64,000 bases of DNA, taken from Lepidodermella squamata. Its lineage: Eukaryota > Animalia > Gastrotricha. Where the stretch lies: contig JBLDXI010000042.1 of assembly GCA_047495785.1 (NCBI GenBank), positions 806,001-870,000 on the forward strand, read 5' to 3'. Shown here piece after piece: positions 39,201 to 50,900 of this stretch; the first letter of the stretch is position 1; each line of letters begins with the position of its first letter. The notes beneath the pieces are model-generated. The model was not told the origin of the DNA and did no database searches. It saw nothing but the letters and a program-made list of their open reading frames with translations. The translations under genes were made by a program, and so were the position numbers.

Positions 39201-41083
39201 GAATTATAGCCGGAAGAAAAAAAATAAAAGCTTTTATTTGTAATTTTCCAGCAAAAAATTCTCGCGAATAAGACATCGCACCCCCGATTCAAAAGAAGTT
39301 CGAAAAATACAGGCACATGAAATATCAAAAGAGCCAGTAAAGTTCTTTTTCAGTTCTTTTTCAGCCAACTTTTGAATCGGTCGAATTAGTACACTTTTGT
39401 GGTTAAGTATTCGGATAAAAAATCTCAATTATAAAACTGAGCCTACCACTTCTTTCAATTTTTTCAGATGTTAAAAAGGAATGATCAAATTAACGAAAAG
39501 AACTAAAATTAACTGATTAAATTAGGAAAAAATAATCGAATGATTGGATTTGTGAAATAATTCCAGGTCAGAATTTCGGCTTGACATCATATTTAAAATT
39601 GATACCCCACTAAGACAGTTTGCTTTGTTGGCGAACGTCGCTGACGAAAATTCTCGAGTTTCAACCCCAGACTGGCAGCCCGTTGTCTCGAGGCGGCAAT
39701 CAATGAAGCTCCCGTTAGACGAACTAAAACACCTGACATGCGGCTTCTCGCTGTCTGGAACTTGTACTGTCACGTGCATGATAAAATCATGATTCAATAA
39801 TTTCCAATTCAGGAAACCTACATGAGGTGCCAGTCATGCAGAGAGTTAAATTTGCGTACGAGCTGTCAACGAGCTTTGAAAATAAGAACAGAAATTAAGA
39901 TCAGCTCAATGAGCATCAATTGTTGCAAACCCAGTTCTCAGGACAGGCGAAGCTGGTTGGGACACATGTTTTCACCACCCCGTTGTCCGAGCATCGTTTG
40001 AAAGGTTGATTCTGAATGTTAAAAGAGTGAATTATAATGTATATTTCAGCACTGGTGAAATTACTGCAAATATCGATTTCGCGTTATTACAAGCGGCCAA
40101 GCTGTCCTTCAGCGACGTATTCCTGAACCAATCGAGCTAAAAGTTCAATACAATCATAATAACAAAATAGTAGATAGAGCTTGAAATTTACCTCGATTTC
40201 TCTGTCAGCAGCTGGTTCGCCAGTTAATTTACAGCTGCCAAGGCCGGGATTGCAACGTGGCGTTAGAGCGCCGTATTTGTAGCACATTTTAGCATTCTAA
40301 ATTTGAGATGATTCAAACAAATTACAGTATCGAGACCTGAATTTCGATTTCTTACCCCTGATCGGCACGATGTCAAATCTGGGAATAATGGGCCCCACTG
40401 TTTTAAAAGAATTATTAACAATGAAATAAAAAGTGGAAAAATATCTCAAAAAATTAATCAAATTGATTTTGATTTATTTAATGAAAAAAGTCAATCTTTC
40501 GTTAGAATTTATGGTTGATTTTTCATCTTGCCAAAAAAGACACCTGGCAAGATGAAAAAAGATTACCGTAGAGCGGTACAATTTTGAACAGGGTACAACT
40601 TTGAACATTTTTTCAAAAGTACAATTTTTAACGAACGTTTGCATTGAAAAAAATGAAAGTGTTCAAAATTGTACTTTCGTGAGTGTGAAGTACAATTTTG
40701 AACATTAACGAAATTTTCAATGCAAACGTTCGTTAAAAATTGTACTTTTGAAAAAATGTTCAAAGTTGTACCGCTCTACGGTAAACAGATTTTAGGAACT
40801 AATTATCAAATATTAAATGGAAAAGGAGCGTATCAAAGGTGGAAAACATTAACGCCCCTTGTCCTTTCAATACTCCATTTTTATCAATGAAATAAAAAAT
40901 TCTCCATGAATGAAATATTTGCTAATTAAATACCTGGTACTCGGTGATGGGATCACAGGTAGGGTTGTTATCGCGGCACGAAGCGAATGCGTTGTTCGTC
41001 ACCTGGAAGCACCGCTTGAAGACCTGGCCGGACGCCTGACTAATACAAAAGATCGAGTAAACTGTTAAAATAAATGCTCTCAT
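36217..41083 (-). CDS. Family member B1 (divergent subfamily): signal peptide + 6 four-Cys repeats + 2 LamG/ConA-like domains; 14 exons, apparently intact
   Basis: ATG at 41083 (MRAFILTVYSIFCISQASGQVFKRCFQVTNNAFASCRDNNPTCDPITEYQ|WGPLFPDLTSCRSG...). ENPFGIPLDLAFFPLTQEYGIRDISGN exon. Large exon in ORF 36405-37256. Ends EINCAAFSVPGMR* at 36217. Repeat 5 has F in place of its third Cys. Confidence 0.82.
40563..40783. mobile_element. Palindromic MITE in the first intron of B1
   Basis: ttaccgtagagcggtacaa...ttgtaccgctctacggtaa with internal gtacaattttgaac repeats. Confidence 0.85.
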
Positions 41084-41710
41084 TGCTGTTATAATTTGAA
41101 AAGTAATGGATGAAAGAGTGGAAAATATCTGACGATTAACTGCTTATGCTTGGCTCGTGGCACGAGGCACGCGTTTCGATTTGTTTTCAAAACATATAGT
41201 GAGATATTTATCGCCATTGAAAAAATTACACATCATAAAAACACCAATAGCGGAAATGTCGAATTTTTTAAAATCAGCTGAAATCTTCCGGTCACGAAAT
41301 TTTTATCTGATCGCCAGCCGCTTATTTTGACCAGGATGTGTTTGGACCCATATAAATTGAATTTCTTACGATTATCCCGACAGCTTTTGCGCATACGGGT
41401 GACTATTCCCCCGATGTTTATTGCCGTATTTGATTTTGAAATCCGTGAAATCAATATTTTTAGCTCCGATCAAATCTTTGTTTCTTGAAATCAATCCCTG
41501 ATATCAAATCACTGCCAAAAAAGGTCTAAAATCGTAATTAGAACAATTAGTGGGTGGCAAGTCGGTTATTCTGCACCACAAGTTATGCAACTGAAACCAT
41601 GAAACCATTATCCCAATGCCAAGGCTAATTTTAATCGGTATAGCAGATCAATAACAGCAGATCACAGCGCAAGCAATGCAGAATCTCTCATTCTTCGTCA
41701 CGTTCAGTCT

Positions 41711-42493
41711 CTACAGCTTTCTGTTAGACCTCCTCGTCTTTCGCGTGGTGGCAGCCGGCCAGTTCGACGAGTCATCGCGGCGCGTAGTCGACCAGCCAAG
41801 CGTTGAGCCTGGATTCGTTGCAGCTGGTTTGTCACTTGACGGACCGGCACTTGCCGTGCCCCAGTTTGTCGAGCCTTGCGGGCCAGAGGTTGAAACAGGG
41901 CGGCTACTGGACCCGCCACTGTTCCCTCCAGAATTTGATGTCGTGGACCAATTGTTATTAGTCGACCCGGCTGGAGTAGAGCTGGGACCCGGATTCGACT
42001 GACGGCTAGTCGTTGCTGGGAGGTTGTTAGTAGTTGAAACTGGGGGGTTATTTGAGCTGGCGCCGCCGGGGGTCGATGACACAGCAGGCCAGCTATTGCT
42101 CGCCGTCGACCACGGTTTCTGAGTGCTGGACCCAACGCTCGGCGAGTTCTTCGTAAAACACGTGCCTTGCACGCATTGATCGCCCACACGGCACAAATAT
42201 GTGCCAGTGCTACCGTCGCACTTGCCAATTGCATAAGCGCCAACATCATCATTCGCCGGGTTCTTGGTGGCGCAGATTCCGCCGACGCATTTGTCATAGT
42301 AGAAGCAATCGCTTGTGTACTTGCATCGGCCATAGGTCCAAGCCCCAGTTGACGAATAGCAAAGTTTACTGACGCACTGGTCACCGGGTAAACAGTCGGT
42401 GTTGAATGTACAACTGGCGTAGTAGTACTGCGGCCCAGCGCTAACAAAGCCCAATGCCGCGAAACACAAAATCAAGCCGTTAATTAGATGCAT
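41711..42493 (-). CDS. Intronless secreted protein: signal peptide, three small four-Cys repeats, Ser/Thr/Pro/Gly-rich tail, basic C-terminus (260 aa)
   Basis: MHLINGLILCFAALGFVSAG signal. Repeats CTFNTDCLPGDQCVSKLC, CKYTSDCFYYDKCVGGIC, CDGSTGTYLCRVGDQCVQGTC. Low-complexity tail with spaced Trp, ending RKTRRSNRKL. Confidence 0.85.
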   Translation of the reverse strand: MHLINGLILCFAALGFVSAGPQYYYASCTFNTDCLPGDQCVSKLCYSSTGAWTYGRCKYTSDCFYYDKCVGGICATKNPANDDVGAYAIGKCDGSTGTYLCRVGDQCVQGTCFTKNSPSVGSSTQKPWSTASNSWPAVSSTPGGASSNNPPVSTTNNLPATTSRQSNPGPSSTPAGSTNNNWSTTSNSGGNSGGSSSRPVSTSGPQGSTNWGTASAGPSSDKPAATNPGSTLGWSTTRRDDSSNWPAATTRKTRRSNRKL

Positions 42494-42854
42494 TTCAATT
42501 TCTCTCTGCAACAGCACACAGAGGCTCTTTTATTGGCAATATAGGCGTGTCCGATGGGCGTTTTAGCAGACCTACTTAGGTGTTCCATGCACATTTCTGT
42601 AATCAGTAGCTATCCTGTTTTCCCAGAATGGCAACCTTATCGCGATATAGGTGTATTGCCCCGGGCTATTACGTGACACGAATTCGATATAAAACCGCAA
42701 TTAACGTTCTATAACATGGCGCCATAGAGTTCATGTGAAATTTAACCGACAATGACCGATATTTATGAGGGCGTGTCACAAACTAGTGTTTCAGACGGTT
42801 TTTTTTAACTGGTGTAGTCGGCCCACTTGAATCATAAGGAATGTAAGATAAGGA

Positions 42855-43064
42855 CCCAGCCTGGCAGCCAGTTGTCTCGAGGCGGCAATCGATGAAGGAT
42901 TAAGCCCCCGTTATTTAGACGAGCTGAAGCACCTGACATGCGGCTTTTCGGTGTCTGAAACTTGTACTGTTACGTGTATCATAAACCAAGTAATTCAAAT
43001 AATTGTAAATTCAGGAAACCTACATTTGGTGCCTGCCTTGCTGAGACTTAAAATGGTGTCGAGC
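42855..43064 (-). pseudogene. Decayed B-type fragment (repeat 3b/4 exons)
   Basis: Nucleotide similarity to 39665-39870 (gtctcgaggcggcaatc, cacctgacatgcggctt, caggaaacctaca) with indels. Confidence 0.8.
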
Positions 43065-43077
43065 TATAAAACAATGT

Positions 43078-43550
43078 ATTCGGTCGTTCGTGGACCCAAA
43101 AAATCGACCTTGGATGCAATTTATTTATTTGTAAAATATTTAAATGTTAAATTTATTTTCTAATATTAAAAATTTCAACATCGGTCAAAAAGAATCATGG
43201 GTCCAAAGAAAATCAGATCTACGGGTTACGTAATAGCTACGGTCAAATCGATAGTACCATTCGATAGCGCTTGTCGAATTTACTAATCGAATATTTAATC
43301 TCTATTTAAGCCCTATCACAAATCCATAACCATGAAAAACTTAAAAAACACATTTTTCCCATACTAAATTGCGTAGGTCTGGGTCCAAGAATTATTTTCT
43401 TCGGGACGCAATGTAAGAAAGGGAGTGGCTGCCCCGGTGTTGGTTGTAATGCTTTTTACACTCCGCTTGATGAGAGGTTCATTTTGACACCAAAATCAAC
43501 CCGATAGGAGAAAGTAAACAAATTTGTGCCCTATTATAGAACGACCGAAT
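43078..43550. mobile_element. Probable MITE abutting the B-type remnant
   Basis: 12-bp inverted ends attcggtcgttc / gaacgaccgaat. No clear TSD. Confidence 0.5.
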
Positions 43551-43817
43551 TCCTGATTCCAGAACCAAACAAGCTAAAAAAAGTTGATAAAATTCGCGGT
43601 TGATTCTTGGGCATAGTACCGCACCGAAGGCGCTGAAAATCGCCAGTTCTTCGGAATTTTAGCGGATTCCTGAATATTCTGCTGAATATTCAAAAAACTG
43701 GCACTTCTTACACAGCGAATCCGGTGGCAATGTGTTTTGGATTAGTGGGATGGGCGTTGAGTTCGTTTGAGCCTATCGCCCTATCGTTGCTCGCTTCTAA
43801 TTCTGTACCTTCCAGCG

Positions 43818-43980
43818 TATCGTTAGCGTCGTTGAAAAACTCGGATTTAGGCTACTTGGTCACGGGTGACAAGTAAAAATTCTTTCATTGCTTCTTTATT
43901 TACGTTAAAAAGCCGCTTCTACCCGTGACCAACCGTGACCAAGTAGCCTAAATCCGAGTTTTTCAACGACGCTAACGATA
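43818..43980. repeat. Inverted repeat with ~48-bp arms
   Basis: tatcgttagcgtcgttgaaaaactcggatttaggctacttggtcacgg and its reverse complement. Confidence 0.85.
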
Positions 43981-44341
43981 TCTGGTCAAAAGTAGGGACT
44001 ATTTCGGGATAATCGTGCTGGGAAAACCGCATTTGTATAGGAAGTAGAAATGTGCCGTGTGCCGAAAAGTTGCGCTGAAAACAAAAGGATAATGAATTCA
44101 CCAAGCTCTCCTAATCATCTTCAAAATTACCGAAACATGATTCATGATTGGGCTGGTGCAGCCACAATTACAATAACACATAGCATTTATTGGTCAAGGA
44201 AAAACTTCGGCGAAAAGGATACATGCTATTTAATATAACATAATATTAATGATTTATGTGAATCTTCAAAGATGACGGCTTGGCAAAGAAGACATGATGA
44301 GCAATTCGATCACGCAACAGTCAAATAAATAAGTGCCAGTT

Positions 44342-44783
44342 CTAACGCATGCCAGGAATCGTGAAAGCAGCGCAGTTAATTTCCACCATTCGCTGTTGTT
44401 GAAAAGTCAATCCGCCACTGAATAAATTCAGGCAGGCAATGCTTCTCATTAGCGGCTCAGCCGGAGCCGCCCAAGACCTTAAGGAAAAAGGGAAAAGAAA
44501 TAACACCATAACAATAACATCAACAGCCAAAATGAGAACTCCAAGGCTAACCGGGCCAAGCTGAATGCTCCGCTTTTTGTTACCGGTTGCGTTGCAACCG
44601 AAAGGGTGGCAGCAACTCTGTCGCAGGTGGCAGTTGATAAGGTGACTGTGCCACTTACAGTAAAAACGAATGTCAAAAAACGCCACTGGAAGTTCAAAGG
44701 ACACGTGACATCTAAAAAAACGGCGCCATCAGTCGTGATACGGAATATTTGGTCGGTATGAGCCAGGATTTTCAGACCCAGTG
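44342..44783 (-). pseudogene. Orphan 3' end of a family member (end of LamG2 exon + last exon)
   Basis: LGLKILAHTDQIF...TCPLNFQWRFLTFVF...SGAFSLAR|SWAAPAEPLMRSIACLNLF...EINCAAFTIPGMR*. Upstream is replaced by repeat sequence. Confidence 0.85.
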
Positions 44784-45040
44784 TGCGAAGTAGGATCCGG
44801 GAGCTGAGGTGTTTTCGACCTCAAAGGGTCCCTCCCTGTGGCCTTCATCTGATTGGAGTCCCGGAGCTTGGGTACTTCTCACCCTGGTTTTACGCGAACG
44901 ATTTTCAATTTTTAGCGCCAGCCCTGATTTGACCCGAAAATACCCCGATTATAGTTCGCGCACTGCCAACTATTAAATTGTCACTTCAAATGAAAAGGCT
45001 GTTCGCGCTATGGCTCCAGCAGGAGTAAATACCGAAATCT

Positions 45041-45247
45041 ACCTTCTACGGCCCCACAAAGGCGGAATCAAACGCGACACCTTGTCGAATAACAACTGCG
45101 AAAATGGAGCTCAGCTGGGCGCTATGTGTCGCGAATTTTCGTGATAAGAAAAAAAGCTGTAGGCGCGCATTGTACTGGCAAACTCGCAAGCTCAGCACCC
45201 AGCACCTACCATTCCCGCGCTTTCGATAATATGTGGGGCAATTATTG
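45041..45247. repeat. Direct duplicate (~205 bp) of the upstream region of the knottin-like gene (other copy ~46181-46387)
   Basis: tacggccccacaaaggcgg...cgataatatgtggggcaattattga occurs twice with few differences. Confidence 0.9.
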
Positions 45248-45698
45248 ACTTTAGTTGTTTAACAAGAGCAAATTGAAACAAACCAATCTTTCCGCGATTA
45301 CGCAAGGGCTCTTCCTGCCTCATTTGGTGAATAACATTGAAATTTCGAACTTGAGCGCACATTTGATCATTAATGAGAGTCGGGCATGAAGCTTTTCCGG
45401 TCTCCACGTTTTAGATTCTGAAATAATTCGGCGAGGCCGCTTCACAGGATTCATACTGAATTGCTTTGTTATGAAATGGTATTGAATGCAATTTAATTGC
45501 TATCAGGGTGCGGAGTACAGGGGTGCTGAGGTGTCGCGATTGTACACATAGCTGACTGTACACATACAAGCAAATTTGTTTGCAGCTTATTTTACTGTTT
45601 CTTATTTCTATACTGTTCAACATTTAGCTATGATATTTGTATTTTAGCCATGAGTCTTCTTTCTCGTGTTGTGACCTTTGTCATTGTACGTCGAGCTT

Positions 45699-46100
45699 TT
45701 ATTCGCATCTGCAGACGTTATGGAATCCAGACCATTCAGGCTTCCTGGAAATGAAAGCATTATAGTTGAGTAGTCCAAAAATCATGGTCAAACTTACAGG
45801 CCTTCACAGCAAGGCGTACCGCCGCGGCAGTCTTCATACAACCCGGCGCATGCTGGTTTATCGGCATTAGGTTTGCCGCAGGTGCATTTGGCCCAGTAGC
45901 CGAGTACACGTTGAACGCTAAAATTTATATGAAATAGGTTTCAAGAACGAAAAAGTACTGGAAAGGCGGTCTTACAGTCCTGGGCAACAGTATTCCTCAA
46001 GGCAGCTTTCTCCTACACCAGCACAACCTTCAGCGATTGCTGAAGGAACGATTGCAGCGACGCAAGCAAAAATGGCAAAAATAGCGACAGCGCGGTTCAT
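45699..46100 (-). CDS. Secreted 96-aa peptide with two tandem six-Cys knottin-like domains; exons 46100-45976, 45917-45798, 45744-45699
   Basis: MNRAVAIFAIFACVAAIVPSAIA-EGCAGVGESCLEEYCCPGLVQRVLGYWAKCTCGKPNADKPACAGLYEDCRGGTPCCEGLKPEWSGFHNVCRCE*. Two GTAAG..AG phase-2 introns at the equivalent CCxGL position. TATATAAA on the sense strand about 60 nt upstream. Confidence 0.88.
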
Positions 46101-47974
46101 TTTGAATATTGTAATAACGTGATTATGACTTTATAATATGATGTAATACATGGACCTTTATATAGCCTACATCATAGGTTACCTTATACGGCCCCACAAA
46201 GGCGGTATCAAACGCGACACCATGTCGAATAACAACTGCGAAAATGGAGCTCAGCTTGGCGCTATGTGTCGCGAATTTTCGTGATAAGAAAAAAAGCTGT
46301 AGGCGCATTGTACTGGCAAACTCGCCAAGCTCAGCACCCAGCACCTACCATTACCGCGCTTTCGATAATATGTGGGGCAATTATTGAATCAAGGAACTTC
46401 ACCTGTTCAGCTGGGCTCACAGACTCGGCGACACTGTCGCGCTGAAACAGCTCACAGCTGACTCACTTAGATGTTCACGGTTGTCGCGCGACAAACCCAT
46501 TGTGCGAAATGATAAGAAATGGTTATAGAAGCAGCCTTATTTTAGTCCTCATCGTCGTAGTACTTCATTTCTTCACTAGGTACCGTAAACTATAGTATAC
46601 ACTCGTGCACTCGTCATGACTTCGTTAGCGTCATAGGTCGTAGCATAAGGTTCCACTTGATGGTAAGAACAGCTTCCTATTGATCTGTGATCAATGTGTA
46701 AATGTTACCATCGCCCGCTACGACTCACAATTTGACGGTATTTTACCGCAGAGCTCAATGCTCAGTAACTGAAAGCTTGAACGATGAACGTGAATAAGTG
46801 CCGTTCGCGGTGAAAGTCATCGCACCACAAAAATGACGGTAAAATAAGCTTTGTTTCTCAGTGCTGAACGTCTAAACGTCTAAAATCTGAGAAATGGTTC
46901 CACTTGGCGCTAGCACTCGAGCCTCGAGCCATTGTTCAAACAAGTAATGCCGCAACGAACGTTCGATGTGAACAAATTCAGCATGCCCTGCGACAAACTA
47001 TGCGACAAACCTGCGACGTAATTCGCGTCATTTTTATCGAAAAATAAGCGAATAAGGCTAACACCTTAGGTCGGTTAAGGTGCGCGTAAATCTCCTTCCC
47101 TGTAATGTTAGCGAACTGTTTTCTTCCTATCCGTGAATCCACCTTGATCCTTGAAAGTTGTAACTAACTTAGTAAATATTTAGTTAACCCTTTCACGGCG
47201 GGAAGGACGATTTCGGAATTTCGACTTTGAAAATTCACAGAAAATTGAATTTGATGAATTCTTGATCGCCCTTTCGAGAAATATTGCTTTTCGATGTTGG
47301 CTACAAGGTTTTCACACCAGGACACCGTTATCTTGCATGGTCAGGACAAACTAGCAATTTTAAAATGGTCAACCCGTGATTGAAATCTCGATTTTTTCAA
47401 CTTGAAATCTCATACGTTTCTGATCATTTTTTGATCAAACAAAAAATACCACCGTGTCCGCCGTAGTCTCATTGACCTCTGTGTAAATTTTCGAGTTGGA
47501 AATCAAAAATGACGACGCTCATGAACTTTAAACAAACTGGCCGAATTCGTTCTATCCGCCAGGACTTATACAGGCAGAGTCCGTGATTTTTGTGCTGCAA
47601 AAACTTTCGCGAGCAAAAAGTAGAAAAGCTGGATTCAGATCTAAATGCTGAGCCTCTGAAACTTTTTTAAACCGAATGTTTTCGGCGATTCAAGTGGGGG
47701 AGAATCTTAGGGACTTTCATGGGGGTAATTTAGAATCTAAAATAGCAAAACTGAAGGCACCTGACACAGAAATTAGAATACTCGAAAAATATATATATTC
47801 TTTTAAATATATTCACCATCCGCCATCCACCACAATCCACCATCCACCTAACCGATTCGATTAAAGCTGCCTTGCATAAATTTATAAAATCTTTTCGGTT
47901 TATTTTATTCAACTTCTTCACCACATCTCACTGTCTTTCGATAAAGAAATATCACAACACAGGATTTAAATGCT

Positions 47975-50900
47975 CTACGAGAACTTTTCGCATAACACAC
48001 CATCCCTTGAAGCTTCACACGGAGGCGCGTAGAAATTTGCAATATTCGCGTAACTCATGATGGTAACACAGTCCCCGTCCAGAAAAGCCCATCGGTTTGG
48101 ATCGTCAATATAAGTTGAGCCGTCGTCCCATACAAAATTGTTGCCTTGCTTGGTCAGAGCGACCCAGAAATAAAAATTAGCCTTCCCGCTAATCACTTGA
48201 CTTGCTTTGGTCCACTCATCGTTCGTCCGAATCGTTGCCAAAGTAGCATTGCTCGCGACGCATTTCGGTGAAGCGGTGGTCTTATCGTAATTACCACCAA
48301 TCGGGTATAAAAGATAAAAGTAACTCTTCACCGCAGCCTTGCAGCTGTTCTCGTCCGCATACTTGACATTAGCCGGAGTTCTAACATCAGCAGCCGCGTT
48401 GCAGCCAGTTGTTTCCAGCACGCATTTAACTGACGCGTCACTTTTGGCGACGCAACGGACGTAGAACACCTGCAAAATAAGCGATTCAGTGAGGAGGAGG
48501 CTCATTTTGTACTAGGTAAAAAAGGACACTTCAACAGGCTCTAAATACTTATTATTTTGTTTCTAAATATTTCTTCTCTCATTAAAATTTGAAAATCATG
48601 GATTTTTAGGATTTTTCTAGAAGACGTCAATGTTGAATTATTTTGATCCTATACTTTGATGTTGAAGTTAGTTTGACCTGAGCATTCACCAAATTTTCCT
48701 TCGGATGTTCAGAAAATTACGATAAATTATTTTTCTGATAAACCATAAAACAAGTTTTTTTGATGAAGCCCCATGATGAACCCTAAGCAAACCCGAACCC
48801 TTACAACAACCCTAACCGGAACTCTAACACCTAATCCTAACCACCAACCCCTATTCCTAATCATCATTTGGCTAAAAAAACACGATTTCATGAAAAAATG
48901 TATGAAAGGTAATTTTGTCATACATATAAATATGTCTAAAAGAACACTTCGAAATACAAATTGAAAATGTTCAATAAAAATAACCCTTGATTGAATGCTT
49001 AGGAGTCTTGGAATGTTTGAACAATATTTCAGAGGCGTTTGAAATTCGGGGTTGAGGGCAGGGCCGGATTAACATTCGGGTGGACCCCGGGCACTTTCCG
49101 TTTGGCAGCCCTACTTATCATATTTTCCACAAAATCTAGATTTTGCCTTACTTGAAGCCATAAATTTTCATACCTGAAACGCCCTTTACTTATTCATTTA
49201 CTTACTTAGTCACCTTGCTTTTCCCGTTAACTATTAAGAGTTAACTCGGAAAACTCGAGGGAAGAGGATATCTCATGAATTCTCAATTGAAACGCCCTCA
49301 ATATTAGAGTCGAGTAAGAGTAGTAATGATGAAATAAATTGATAGATTATGATAGGGCAGTGGTTCTCAAACTATTTTCGCTCCCGGTCAAAAATGGCGG
49401 CCGGCTGGCGACCTTTCCGAAGTAACATGAAACCCGCGAACTTTTATTTTCTTTTCTCGAACCATTTTAACTTAAAGCGTCGGAACCATCGGAATATTCA
49501 ATTTTTATATTTTAAATAATAAGCATCGGAAAAGTCGCCTTTATATTTATTCTTATTTTCCGATGTGTTAAGACATTATGTTCGATCAAATAAGTAACTT
49601 TCAATGAGTCGCAAATTAAGACTTAATTAAGAACGTCCCCGCCCCCGTCGGCGACCCGCACCACGGCCGCGAGCAACCGCCGGAGCAACCAGCTCTTCTG
49701 GAGGCTCAACCCCGCGTCCACGACCGCGACCTCGTGCTCTAGAGCCTCGACCAATCGGTTCGGTTTCAGGAGGACCAGCAGGAAAAGTGGCTTCAGTAGC
49801 TGTTTCAGGAGCCATGCCAACCTGCTGAGCGAATTCCAGCGCACGACCGTGGCGAGGCGGCCTACCCCGAGGGTTACCGCGCAGCACCAGCGGAATCGAC
49901 TGAAGATGTTTCTCGATCGGTTTCGAATCCAGCTTGTGACCGAGAGCTACAACATGCTCGCACGGAATTTTCTTGGAACCTAAGCGGCACGTACAGCTGA
50001 TAAGATTTGGCTCGGCAGTGATCAGTGAACAGAAGTCAATCGAACATTCAAATTGGGCCAAACTCGTCCACAAGGCTGTGTTCGCGCTTCAGAAACAACA
50101 CTGTTGACCTGCCAGCCAGGTTTCATAACGAGCCATGATGAGGGACCGACTTCTTCGAAGCACTGAGTGAAACGTAAAAACAGCTGGTAACCTTCTTTTT
50201 TAAGGCGGTCCGTTATCGTGGCTGACGTTGCGAACGGTTCTGAATGAACAACCAAACTCGAAATAAGCGACGAACTCAGCATAAACATCGGCGTGATCGC
50301 TGGCCGCCATCTCATCCTTGGCAAGCTGCCACAACAGCAAAAACTAAAAATGAAAAATTGTTAATTTCGGAATATCTTAACACCGTCGGAATTACCTCAG
50401 GGCGTGACAATGCGAGCTGAACGAGCGTTAGTAGGTCGTGCACCTTGTACCACAATTTGATCCGACTCTCTGTAAACAAAGGTAAAATTGTCTTACGACC
50501 GTCGGAAAGAGGCAAATTACTTACGCTACATCAATCGTAGCACTGCTCCCTTGCCAAAGATTGTTTCGATCGCAGTAGTAATATAGCCCTTTCCTCCGAC
50601 CCCTTAGCTATCTCGCCATTCAAATCGTGGACATAACACCATTTGTCAATTTTTTGCCCTTGCCTTTTTTACGAAATTCTTGCCCAATCACAACATCAAT
50701 TTGGCGGTCTTTCATTTCTTGAGCAGCAGGAGCTGTTTTATCTTTTCCTGTGCTAAAATTTTGAGTACCCCAGGTAAATTCGAAAAATTCCTTGTTATTC
50801 AAATCACAATTTGATTTACGATGTTTCCTATTTTTACGTACCCTTTTTTCTTAGCTAATTGATTTTGTTTTCGACCTGACTGCAAATTTGATTTCGAACA

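Noticed and set aside
41676-42447. ORFs 41704-42447 (-), 41676-42002 (+) and 42167-42352 (+)
   Set aside because: Shadow frames of the GC-rich 41711-42493 gene, with no coherent motifs.
48779-48852. Telomere-like TAACCC repeats
   Set aside because: Short, highly degenerate and intronic. More likely a transposon-associated simple repeat.
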